Assembly (NCBI GenBank): GCA_964016885.1
Contig: OZ024743.1
Coordinates: 291,028,001-291,092,000, forward strand
Direction of reading: 5' to 3'
From: Eledone cirrhosa
Taxonomy: Eukaryota
DNA length: 64,000 bases
Position 1 is the first letter of the stretch, and each line of letters starts with the position of its first letter. The notes beneath the pieces are model-generated. The model saw only the letters and a program-made list of their open reading frames with translations. It had not been told where the DNA came from and did not search any database. The position numbers were made by a program, and so were the translations under genes. Below are positions 12,045-23,790 of this stretch, one piece after another.

Positions 12045-15000
12045 TTATACTTCTCTTAGGTCAGTGTTGTTTGTTTGGGTGTTGTTGTTGTTCCACTCAT
12101 TCTTTCTGTTTAGCTTTGGTCTTCTAATTTCTATTTCACTGGCCTCTCTGATTTGCCTATCTGCTGGGTCATTCCTATGTTTAGATATTATTCTAATTTC
12201 TATCTTGTCTATGTTACCGTCATGTTGTTGTCTAGCATGTTCGTATAGTACTGACCCGTTTTTTCGTCCTTTTAGTTCCCCCCAGTGTTGGTCTATCCTT
12301 TCACCTATGCTACGAGCTGTCTCACCTATGTATGTTGTTGTCATGTTTCTGCAAGTACCCTCTGTACATATTATGCTATTGACTACGTTTCTAGTTTTAC
12401 AGTTTATCCGGGGGTTCACCTTACATATGATACACTTCCTATTGGTACAGTGGGTTTTCTTAAAAGGGTAGGTTTTGCTGATCAGGGATTTTATGGTGGT
12501 TTCTGGCTTTTCTACCACCTTTATTTTTAAGTGGGTCTTTCTCAGGGCCATTCTACACTGGTTAGCTAATTTCCCTCCAGGGGTGGCCTCCACAAACATG
12601 ACACTCTGATATCTCTGGTTGTCGTACCATGATGTGGCCTTCCCTATCTTATGTCTAGCCCTATCTAAGCTATTCCATGATTTGCTCCTGTATAGTGGGC
12701 AGATTCCTTTCATGTCCAGTTCTATGAGGGTCTTATACTTTTCCATGGCTCCTTCGTATACTCTGACTCTGTCTCTTTGGTTGTAGCCAGAGAACTGCAT
12801 GCGGTTGATGAAGTGTTGGATGTGTCCTTCCATTTCTGTTGGGTCGCACATGCTGGACACGTTCTTCATCACTCGTACCAAATCTGCGATCAGAATATTA
12901 AACTTAGCACTACTGGACATTGCTGAGTTTTTGAGTATCAGGTATTTGGAGGCCATGGGTTTAGCATAGTGTGAGTGGAGAATTTGGGCTCTCTCGTCTA
13001 TAGTGTTAATCCAGAGTTCTGTGTCTAATACAGGTAGTCTATTGTTAGGGTGTTTGGAAGGGAAGTCTATAGTTACAGTTATACTCTGGTGTATGGAATT
13101 AGCTATCTGCTGGATGCTTTCCATCGTGCTACGTTCTAAATCAAACTTGTTAGTGCTCTTTAGTGGGGGTGTTCTTATAACTATATTGATATCGTCTACA
13201 TAACGAGAGTACATGATGAGGTCTATGGAGCTTTCATTAAGGAGATCTTTAAGTCTCCTTTCCCACCATACCATGAAAAGTTTGGCAACATCACCAGCTA
13301 TGCTGACGCCGATGGCTGCTCCCTCATTTTGGGTGTAGATTTTCTCATTGAACTTAAATATGTGGCCCTTTAGGGTAGTTTTGATACTAGCCCCTATTGC
13401 ATGTGCGACCATTTTTCTTACCTGATCAGTGTTTTGGGGGGTCCGTATGGCTTTGGTCCACCCAATCCCCCTTCCTATGGGAGTCTTTTTAGCCATTGAG
13501 GTTATGGTGGGGGGTCTACCTCTTATAGGTCTACTAGGGCAGAAACATCTAAGGTCATGGCTGTCTAGGTAGTCAGTGTCGTAGGTAAGTCTAAGTAGGA
13601 GGCCCAGTTCGTCTGTGTCGACGTCGCAGAACTCCACGTCACTCTCAATGATCATCTCCACACATCTTTTCACAGCAAAATCAATGTTAATGGATGGGTA
13701 CAGTGACACTACATCCATGCTGCCTATTATGCAGTTGGATAGGCTCCTGTTTTTGTTGCACTCACTGATTCTGCTGAGGAGGTCCTCTGTACTTTCACAT
13801 ACATCTGGGGACATCTTGATTATGGGGCGTATAACCATTGAGAGGAAGTAGGAGATCCTGTAGTTGCTAGCTATATTAGCTCCGCATACGGGTCTTGTTG
13901 GTTGTCCTGTTGTCGGGTCGTCGACTGTCTTGTGGTCTTTGCGGAGCCCATACAAGGGTGGTATGCCATTGTTAGACGCCTGTAAGTTGTTGGCAGTGCG
14001 TCTGATTGGCTTTAGGATGTCAGTCCACATCATCATGTGAGCGTTGAGGATTTTTTCTCTCCCATCGTGTGTTAGTTGTGCAACTTCGCTCGTGTTGGTG
14101 ATGTGGGGTTGCATTGCCTCGATATAGTTCGGCATGCTATCTATTGACATCCTACCAGACTTATCTGTGGGTAGACACACTACCTCACCATCCCTTGTGC
14201 GCTGCTTGAGGCTAACCAAGCTTTCTACAGGTTTTCTCCCAAGTTGTTGTGCCTCTGGTCTGCTCTGTCTCATAGTGTACCTGTCTACTACCTGTCTAAT
14301 CTTATTTCTAGCTATGGTGAACTGTGCCTCCGTCTCGTCATCTATTTGCTGTGGTATGCAAACTCTTTTATTAAAGGGTAACCTCGTAGTATAGATATTA
14401 CCCATCTTATATGTTTTGTCAGCTGGGTTGAAAAATAGTTTCTCTAAGGGGTTGTCGTTATTTCTATCGTCATAGTTGTGTATGTTGCTATTGTTGTTAT
14501 CCTGGTGGTTGTTGTTGTTTCTATCATTAGCATTATTATTATTATTGTTATGATTGCTAGATGTATTGTTGTTTACTTCACCGTTATTGTTGTTGTTGTT
14601 ACTGCTATTTCTACCATTGTGGTTGTTACTATTATTATGTTTCTTGTTTTTGTTGATGTTGCTACATGTACTATTTCCATTATTACCACTGTGGTTATTG
14701 TTGTTGTTGTTCGTATTGTTACCGTTATTACTACTGTGGTCACTGTTGCTGTGTCTGTGGTTAACGTTTCTATTATTATTATTATTGTGGTTGTTGTTGT
14801 TCCGTCTATCGCTAGTATTATTGCCATTATCACTATTTCTCACTCTCCTGCCATTGTTATGGTTATGGCTGTTATTTCTATACCCAGAGTTATTGTTTAT
14901 ATTATTACTACCGTTATTATTGTTGTTGTTGTTTACCTTTGCATTCCAACGTATTTTTGTGAAACACTTTTCCAGCTCCGTTTTGCATTCCATAGGGTTA

Positions 15001-15401
15001 ATCTTTTTGTAGATGGCAAATTTTGGTGGTAACCTTAGGATGTGTTGTTCTTGTTCACTGATTAAAGTGTTCCCATAGATATTTACTGTGTGGTCATTGG
15101 TAAATTCTTCCGGTAGTTTTACATCACTCATACGGATATTGTCGATGTTATCTGGGTATTTTTGAGAATATTCGATTTTCCTTTCTTGTAGTTTTTTCTT
15201 ATTCATCCATTCTAATTTCTTCTTGAAATGCCTACAGCATTCGTTTTGAGCATATTTCGTTTCGCGTCGGATGACGCTCATGAAGTCGTCTCTCTCGTTT
15301 GCTGTGATGAGATTTCGGATTTCCTTACCGTTGATGCGTTTTTGTCTGTAGAGTGCGTTGACTTTTGTGTATGTTGTTCTTTTGACCATAGACCTCATCA
15401 T
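12045..15401 (-). CDS. PLE polyprotein: Asn-rich insert, reverse transcriptase, Cys linker and C-terminal GIY-YIG endonuclease; 5'-truncated
   Basis: Motifs PTDKSG, PPLYGLRKDHK, SMDVVSLYPSI, GAAIG, YSRYVDD, LPVLD, CxxxxCxxC, C..C-YIGET..R..QH..H...H and R.IREA..I...P.LN. The first residues (MMRS) come from the inverted arm, so the true start is probably missing. Clade (Nematis/Neptune-like) is tentative. Confidence 0.92.
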   Translation of the reverse strand: MMRSMVKRTTYTKVNALYRQKRINGKEIRNLITANERDDFMSVIRRETKYAQNECCRHFKKKLEWMNKKKLQERKIEYSQKYPDNIDNIRMSDVKLPEEFTNDHTVNIYGNTLISEQEQHILRLPPKFAIYKKINPMECKTELEKCFTKIRWNAKVNNNNNNNGSNNINNNSGYRNNSHNHNNGRRVRNSDNGNNTSDRRNNNNHNNNNNRNVNHRHSNSDHSSNNGNNTNNNNNNHSGNNGNSTCSNINKNKKHNNSNNHNGRNSSNNNNNNGEVNNNTSSNHNNNNNNANDRNNNNHQDNNNSNIHNYDDRNNDNPLEKLFFNPADKTYKMGNIYTTRLPFNKRVCIPQQIDDETEAQFTIARNKIRQVVDRYTMRQSRPEAQQLGRKPVESLVSLKQRTRDGEVVCLPTDKSGRMSIDSMPNYIEAMQPHITNTSEVAQLTHDGREKILNAHMMMWTDILKPIRRTANNLQASNNGIPPLYGLRKDHKTVDDPTTGQPTRPVCGANIASNYRISYFLSMVIRPIIKMSPDVCESTEDLLSRISECNKNRSLSNCIIGSMDVVSLYPSINIDFAVKRCVEMIIESDVEFCDVDTDELGLLLRLTYDTDYLDSHDLRCFCPSRPIRGRPPTITSMAKKTPIGRGIGWTKAIRTPQNTDQVRKMVAHAIGASIKTTLKGHIFKFNEKIYTQNEGAAIGVSIAGDVAKLFMVWWERRLKDLLNESSIDLIMYSRYVDDINIVIRTPPLKSTNKFDLERSTMESIQQIANSIHQSITVTIDFPSKHPNNRLPVLDTELWINTIDERAQILHSHYAKPMASKYLILKNSAMSSSAKFNILIADLVRVMKNVSSMCDPTEMEGHIQHFINRMQFSGYNQRDRVRVYEGAMEKYKTLIELDMKGICPLYRSKSWNSLDRARHKIGKATSWYDNQRYQSVMFVEATPGGKLANQCRMALRKTHLKIKVVEKPETTIKSLISKTYPFKKTHCTNRKCIICKVNPRINCKTRNVVNSIICTEGTCRNMTTTYIGETARSIGERIDQHWGELKGRKNGSVLYEHARQQHDGNIDKIEIRIISKHRNDPADRQIREASEIEIRRPKLNRKNEWNNNNTQTNNTDLREV
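14452..14933 (-). repeat. In-frame AAC/AAT-rich low-complexity segment encoding ~160 aa of Asn-rich sequence
   Basis: Translation from KVNNNNNNNGS to DDRNNDN has no stop. Lies between the N-terminal LPPKFA..KIRW block and the RT. Confidence 0.9.
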
Positions 15402-16569
15402 GTACTCTCGTTATGTATATGATATCAATATAGTTATAAGAACACCCCCACTAGAGTGCACTAACAAGTTTGATTTAGAACGTAGCACGATGGAAAGCAT
15501 CCAGCAGATAGCTAATTCCATACACCAGAGTATAACTGTAACTATAGACTTCCCTTCCAAACACCCTAACAATAGACTACCTGCATTAGACACAGAACTC
15601 TGGATTAACACTATAGACGAGAGAGCCCAAATTCTCCACTCACACTATGCTAAACCCATGGCCTCCAAATACCTGATACTCAAAAACTCAGCAATGTCCA
15701 GTAGTGCTAAGTTTAATATTCTGATCGCAGATTTGGTACGAGTGATGAAGAACGTGTCCAGCATGTGCGACCCAACAGAAATGGAAGGACACATCCAACA
15801 CTTCATCAACCGCATGCAGTTCTCTGGCTACAACCAAAGAGACAGAGTCAGAGTATACGAAGGAGCCATGGAAAAGTATAAGACCCTCATAGAACTGGAC
15901 ATGAAAGGAATCTGCCCACTATACAGGAGCAAATCATGGAATAGCTTAGATAGGGCTAGACATAAGATAGGGAAGGCCACATCATGGTACGACAACCAGA
16001 GATATCAGAGTGTCATGTTTGTGGAGGCCACCCCTGGAGGGAAATTAGCTAGCCAGTGTAGAATGGCCCTGAGAAAGACCCACTTAAAAATAAAGGTGGT
16101 AGAAAAGCCAGAAACCACCATAAAATCCCTGATCAGCAAAACCTACCCTTTTAAGAAAACCCACTGTACCAATAGGAAGTGTATCATATGTAAGGTGAAC
16201 CCCCGGATAAACTGTAAAACTAGAAACGTAGTCAATAGCATAATATGTACAGAGGGTACTTGCAGAAACATGACAACAACATACATAGGTGAGACAGCTC
16301 GTAGCATAGGTGAAAGGATAGACCAACACTGGGGGGAACTAAAAGGACGAAAAAACGGGTCAGTACTATACGAACATGCTAGACAACAACATGACGGTAA
16401 CATAGACAAGATAGAAATTAGAATAATATCTAAACATAGGAATGACCCAGCAGATAGGCAAATCAGAGAGGCCAGTGAAATAGAAATTAGAAGACCAAAA
16501 CTAAACAGAAATAATGAGTGGAACAACAACAACACCCAAACAAACAACACTGACCTAAGAGAAGCATAA
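15386..16569 (+). pseudogene. Inverted 3' partial copy of the family A ORF (RT motif C to endonuclease)
   Basis: Nearly identical to the C-terminal ~390 aa of the minus ORF. YVDD is changed to YVYD and there is no native start. Confidence 0.9.
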
Positions 16570-16845
16570 ATAAGTAAATAAAATTAAATAAAATAAGATA
16601 AATAAATACATACACAAGCACAATATCAACAAGCACATAAACACACACTAGTCACCCAGCAGACACAACACTATACACACTAGTCACACATCACACATAA
16701 CACTATACACACACGCAAACGCATGCGCAAAGAAGACAAAATAAAATAAGATAAACAAACAAGCAAATAAATAAATAAATATATAGACAGACTGAATAAA
16801 AAATGGCGTAGATATACAACACAACAGGAGGAACAATAAATATAA

Positions 16846-16890
16846 CACCACTGACGATGTTGCAGATGTGCAACGAAAGATTTATGTAAA
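16846..16890 (+). ncRNA. Hammerhead-like motif in the family A 3' UTR (stem I degenerate)
   Basis: CTGACGA-T-GTTGCA gatg TGCAAC-GAAA. Other copies at ~1086, ~11740(-), ~22689 and ~57510(-). Confidence 0.55.
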
Positions 16891-17241
16891 GTATGTAAAC
16901 TATATATATATATATATGTGTTTGTGTCTATATTGTATCTGTATTATTTTTGACCGCCGCTCAGTCAATGGCAACATTGAGGACCGAGTCAGTTAGATCG
17001 CAGATATAATAAAAGACAGCGAGAAGCGAAAACCAACCAAACAGTGAGTGTGTTCTGCTATTAATTCTGGCAATATTACGCAAATATGACCCTCCCCAAG
17101 TATAACAATATCTGTTTCGACACACGATTTCATATAAAAAACCTCGCAAACTATATATATATATATATATAAATATATAAATATATATATATATATATAA
17201 AATAATATATATATATATATGTATATATATATATTATCTTT

Positions 17242-18720
<1,479 letters not shown>

Positions 18721-18737
18721 ATATATATATATATGTA

Positions 18738-18833
<96 letters not shown>

Positions 18834-18835
<2 letters not shown>

Positions 18836-19170
18836 AATGTAAGTATGTATGTATACGTACATACATATCTGTATACAGACGTCGGGGTCTTACTTACTCC
18901 TATTACCCACTCTACTACCCTAAGTATTGAGTACTTTGGTGCGTTATATGTCCACCTGGTTCCTTACCACTTTTCCCTTGCTATATATATATATATATAC
19001 ATACAGGTACACATACATATATGCACGCATCAGTCTAGCGGGCGCTTATCATAACGCCGCTTTGTTCGTTTGTAAACAAACTGAACAGCCTGATTTTATG
19101 CCATACGGTGTTAAGGCAACCACGTCACCTTTTTGTTCAGCTGATGCGTTCATATATGTATGTGTACCTG

Positions 19171-19226
<56 letters not shown>

Positions 19227-19338
19227 TGCTACTGTACGTCTGTATACATATATGTATGTACGTATACATACATACTTACATTTAAGTAAGTGCCATACTA
19301 AGAGTGAGAAATGAAATTTCGTTTTCATTTTTTTTCAA

Positions 19339-19340
<2 letters not shown>
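18834..19340. mobile_element. Family F fold-back with a nested family G fragment (18881-18982)
   Basis: Matches 28726-29330, with the tail on the right. The internal 100 bp matches 21012-21110. Confidence 0.8.
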
Positions 19341-19385
<45 letters not shown>

Positions 19386-19424
19386 ATACATATATATATA
19401 TATATATAATTTTATATATATATA

Positions 19425-20277
19425 AATTAATTAAGTCAAATATGTAAAATTTGGCTTCGTTTATTATAAATTATAGATATACTACTATATATATTTCGGT
19501 GACCCCTCAGGCATTCCGAATTGGTGTGGTAGAGACAGATACACGTGTTGAAGTGTTTTTTTACTTCGTCAATACTCCGATATGTCCAGCTCCTGGTTAT
19601 GTTGTTATATCACTGAGGAATTGGAATCATATGAATTAGAAGAAACGAATTTCGTTGTCATAGGGCATTCTCTCATCCAATTAGTCAGTCGTGATAACAT
19701 TGCTCAGTCAAAAGTAGAGCTGACCTCCACCATTATGTTGGGAGCTGTGATGTTGTTAAGCGGTCAGCTTTGGGTGCTGCTGCTATGTTCAGAAGAATTT
19801 GTGTGTGAGGGTTGGCATTTTATATTTTTTATTTTTTTTGCACGACACTCCCCACCCCTACCACTACGTGAAATGGTGGCAAGTGAGATGCCAACCCACA
19901 CAGACAAATTTTTCTCAACAAATGACGCCGAAATGCCGTTTGTTCTAATTCATATGATTCCAGTTCTTTACAGAAATAACAATACAACCAGGAGCTGGAC
20001 ATATCGGAGTATTGACGGAATAAAACACACTTCAACAACATGTGTACCTGTCTCTCCCACACCAATTCGGACTGCCTGAAGAGGTCGCAGCCAATGATGG
20101 CTGTCACTGAAATATATATAGCAGTATATCTATAATTTATAATAAACGAAGCCAAATTTTACATATTTGACTTAATTATTTTACATTACTCCGGAGTAAA
20201 CAAACCAACCTGCGTACTTCATCGACTGCTCCAATCTGAATACTGAGGTGTCGGTAAACAACATACTTATACTCAAA

Positions 20278-20280
<3 letters not shown>
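19425..20280. mobile_element. Family L fold-back (arms ~19425-19655 and ~19925-20180, tail to 20280)
   Basis: Mirror ORFs starting MASFIINYRY on both strands. Flanked by (TA)n and contains a hammerhead. Confidence 0.85.
20071..20125 (+). ncRNA. Type I hammerhead ribozyme (short stem III)
   Basis: Stem I ACTGC/GCAGT, core CTGAAGA, stem II GGTCGCAGCC-aatgat-GGCTGTCACT (one mismatch), then GAAA-T-ATAT-A-T-A. Predicted cleavage after 20120. Confidence 0.8.
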
Positions 20281-20325
<45 letters not shown>

Positions 20326-20876
20326 GGGCGGATGTTTTTGGGTGGCGTTTGTGCATCATGTTCCTCATCATATGTATATATACATATATATAGCAAATTT
20401 TCATACACACGCACGCGCATCAAGTCATAAACATACAACAGACCACTGTGTGAATTGAAATATATTATTGCAATCTGCAATTCATCAATCAAACCATATT
20501 AATGGCAAATTCAAAACAAAGAAAATCAATAATATTTTCATAATTCTGTCATTAGTTACGTTTAAATTTAGTCATTAATGTAAGCAATAAAATGAAAATT
20601 AAATATATATTTTATCAAGTTTGTTATAAGACAACTCAAAATGAAGTACGTACATTATATATAATATGAAACAATATAAGTGACGTCGGAACGGCGTAAG
20701 TGTTTATGAATTTCGATTTCTGCTGATGCTTGAATAAAATTTAATTTATTTGATCTTTCTAGATATCTGGTCATTTTAGTAGTATACTGGTGTAATTGAG
20801 GCTACAATAAATCTTGTAACACGCAGAATGACAATGGACATTTATAAGTTTCTATCAGTGGGACTATATATATACA

Positions 20877-20928
<52 letters not shown>

Positions 20929-20932
<4 letters not shown>

Positions 20933-21109
20933 AACCAGTAAGACCCCGACAGCTGAGCTCAAGCCGTTTCGACGGCTAATTCTGGACGTCGAAACGGCTT
21001 GAGCTCAGCTGTCGGGGTCTTACTGGTTCCTATTACCCACTCTACTACTTCAAGTATTGAGTACTTTGGTGCGTTATGGTCCACCTGGTTCCTTACCACA
21101 TTTCCTTCG

Positions 21110-21111
<2 letters not shown>
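20929..21111. mobile_element. Family G mini fold-back containing the 3' half of a hammerhead
   Basis: Perfect ~46-bp arms around a 12-nt spacer, with an ~80-nt tail on the right. GAAACGGC..GCTGTC forms stem III with a GTC triplet. Confidence 0.75.
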
Positions 21112-21184
<73 letters not shown>

Positions 21185-21962
21185 TACTTGATACCTATCG
21201 AAACTCTATGGTCCAAAACCTGTTATTGAGTCGAAGATACAATGATGCATTGCCCTAATGTGTTGAAGTGAATACGCATCATACATGAAAATCTTAAAAT
21301 GAAAACCAAACAAACTATCCGATAATAGAACATGCGCTTAGAATACATCTCTCTTCGTGACCGAAGTGTTTCAACTACCTTTTACCCGCATATATTACAT
21401 TCTCAAAATGTTAAAACTATGCAAGCGCAATATATCATTTTCGGAAACACATATAATACTGGGATCGTCACAACAAACGATCCAATCTCTATTTGGTTCT
21501 AAAATTTCAATATCTCGAATTATATTGTTCATGTAAGTTAGATGAAAGAAGGAAAAATATACGAGAATAATTATTTATAAAATATATTTAAATACAAATG
21601 ATTAATGGATATGTATCTTATTCATAAAGGGATATATAGCATGCATAATATAAATACACGTATAAAGATACACAAACAGAACTTATGGCGAAAAGGAACC
21701 ATACGATATAATATAATAGTGACTTGTCCCAGCTGTAGCGCAGTATGACTGTAAATATAACCAGGACCACATCGTTGCAAATCTTAGAGCATAACAAACA
21801 TACAGAGAGAGAGATAGAGAGGGATATATATGTATATATATATTGTATATATATATTGTATATATATATATATTTATATACTATAAATATATATATTGTA
21901 TATATATTGTATATATATATATATTTATATACTATAAATATATATATTGTATATATATGTTG

Positions 21963-21994
<32 letters not shown>

Positions 21995-22033
21995 CTATAA
22001 ATTATGTCCATAGAATCATATATATATATAGCA

Positions 22034-22111
<78 letters not shown>

Positions 22112-22132
22112 AGAAAGAGAGGGAGAGAGAGC

Positions 22133-22179
<47 letters not shown>

Positions 22180-22277
22180 ATTCGATTTGTGAGGTTGCTA
22201 ATATTAAATCGTGTGTCGAAAGAAATATCATTATACTTGAGGAGGGTCATATTGTAGTAATAATATTGCCAGAAATA

Positions 22278-22460
22278 ATTGTTTCTACTTTTGGCACAAG
22301 GCCAGCAATTATTCCAGTGCATTACTGGTACTTTATTTTATCGACCCCGTAAGGATGAAAGGCAAAGTTAACCTCGGCGGGATTTGAACTCAGATCATAA
22401 AGGGAGGTAACTCTATGCTTCAAAGCATGGCGTCCGACCCTTACCGATACTGCCAATCCA
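22278..22460 (-). mobile_element. SINE with target-site duplication
   Basis: Flanked by GCCAGAAATAAT repeats at 22268-22279 and 22461-22472. Confidence 0.88.
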
Positions 22461-22755
22461 GCCAGAAATAATAACAGAACACACTGACTGTTGGGTTGGT
22501 TTTCGCTTCTGTATCCTTTATTAATTATCCTCAGTTAATTCAGGTGGTCCTCAATGTTTATCATTGACTGACCAACGGTCAAAAATACATATATAATATA
22601 GATATAAACATATATATATATATATATATATAGTCTAACAGAGTTCTTTCGTTCGTTGTACATCTGCAACATCATCATTATATTATCACTGATGATGTTG
22701 CAGATGTGCAACGAAAGAACTTTGTTAGACTATATATATATATATGTTTATATCT

Positions 22756-22864
22756 GATCCCGCCGAGGTTAACTTTGCCTTTCATCCTTACGGGGTCGAT
22801 AAAATAAAGCACCAGTAATACACTGGGATAATTGCTGGCCTTGTGCCAAAAGTAGAAACAATTA
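22756..22864 (+). mobile_element. 5'-truncated SINE with target-site duplication
   Basis: Flanked by TTATATCTG repeats. Confidence 0.85.
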
Positions 22865-23156
22865 TATCTGTATTGTTGACCGTTGGTCAGTCAATGATAA
22901 ACATTGAGGACCAACTGAATTAACTGTGGAGATATAAAGGATACAGATGCGAAAACCAACCAACTAGTGAGTGTGTTCTGTTATTATTTCTCACAATATT
23001 ATTACTACAATATGACCCTCCCCAAGTATATATATATATATATATAAAACCTAAGCCAGAATCTTATTTTTGGGAGGGGATACAAGTCAAATCAACTAAT
23101 TTTAACATATATAATATTCCAACAATTGGAATAACCAATATTGGAAAAAATTAAAC

Positions 23157-23790
23157 TTCTTCATAAAGATATAAGTGGCAATGTTTAATATATATCATAC
23201 ATACTATTTCGCATCTAGACAGTATGGGGAACAATGTTTTGTATCGTTGAATAAAAATATGTTTATATTCCTCCCAAAGGGACACATTGAATATGTATCT
23301 TAGATACCATGCCGTTCGTAGGCCGCATGGTGAAACAATATGATGCAACGTTGAATTAAGGCATGAATATTTTCTAGTTAATGTATTATGGCGGGCTTAT
23401 AACGACGATAGAAATAGCAGCCCAAAACATCTAAATCAGCTTGACAATGATGGAGCAGTAATTATTATTTTATAGATATAAAGTTAACTGTATCAAATAG
23501 GTTGAGCTTATTTAGACAGTTTTGGCTGCTATTTCTAGCGTCGATGTAAGCCAGTCATATTGTCATAATGCATTAAGTGGAAAATATTTATACAATAATT
23601 CAACGTTGCATCAATTTGCTCCACCATGCGGTCTACTAACGACATGATATATATGATATATATACTACCTATCCCTTTGGGTGGAATATATTCATATATT
23701 GATTCACCGATACATCTTATTCACCATACGGTCTAGCAGCGAATTTCTACGTATGATATATATTCATCGTGTCCCCTTATTTCTATGAAG
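23157..23790. repeat. Old, diverged inverted repeat (~290-bp arms)
   Basis: Mirror blocks such as TGATGCAACGTTGAATTA / TAATTCAACGTTGCATCA and TAGAAATAGCAGCC / GGCTGCTATTTCTA. Confidence 0.75.

Larger units (their letters stand above)
11507..17151. mobile_element. Large PLE family A fold-back insertion in (TA)n
   Basis: Minus arm 11507-15385. Plus arm 15386-17109 is the inverted copy of 11507-13228 and adds a tail at 17110-17151. (TA)n on both sides. Confidence 0.95.
22229..23030. mobile_element. PLE family A mini fold-back with a SINE inserted in each arm
   Basis: Inverted family A 3' ends joined at ~22680, at the 5' edge of the hammerhead-like motif. Confidence 0.8.

Noticed and set aside
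14478-15032. Hydrophobic, membrane-protein-like ORFs on the plus strand
   Set aside because: They are antisense shadows of the Asn-rich AAC/AAT tract.
15358-15401. Apparent overlapping divergent gene starts
   Set aside because: Artefact of the inversion junction at ~15386; each ORF start is borrowed from the other arm.
12045-15401. Assignment to the Naiad clade or a selenoprotein-encoding PLE
   Set aside because: The endonuclease is C-terminal (Naiads have it N-terminal) and the ORF has no in-frame TGA.
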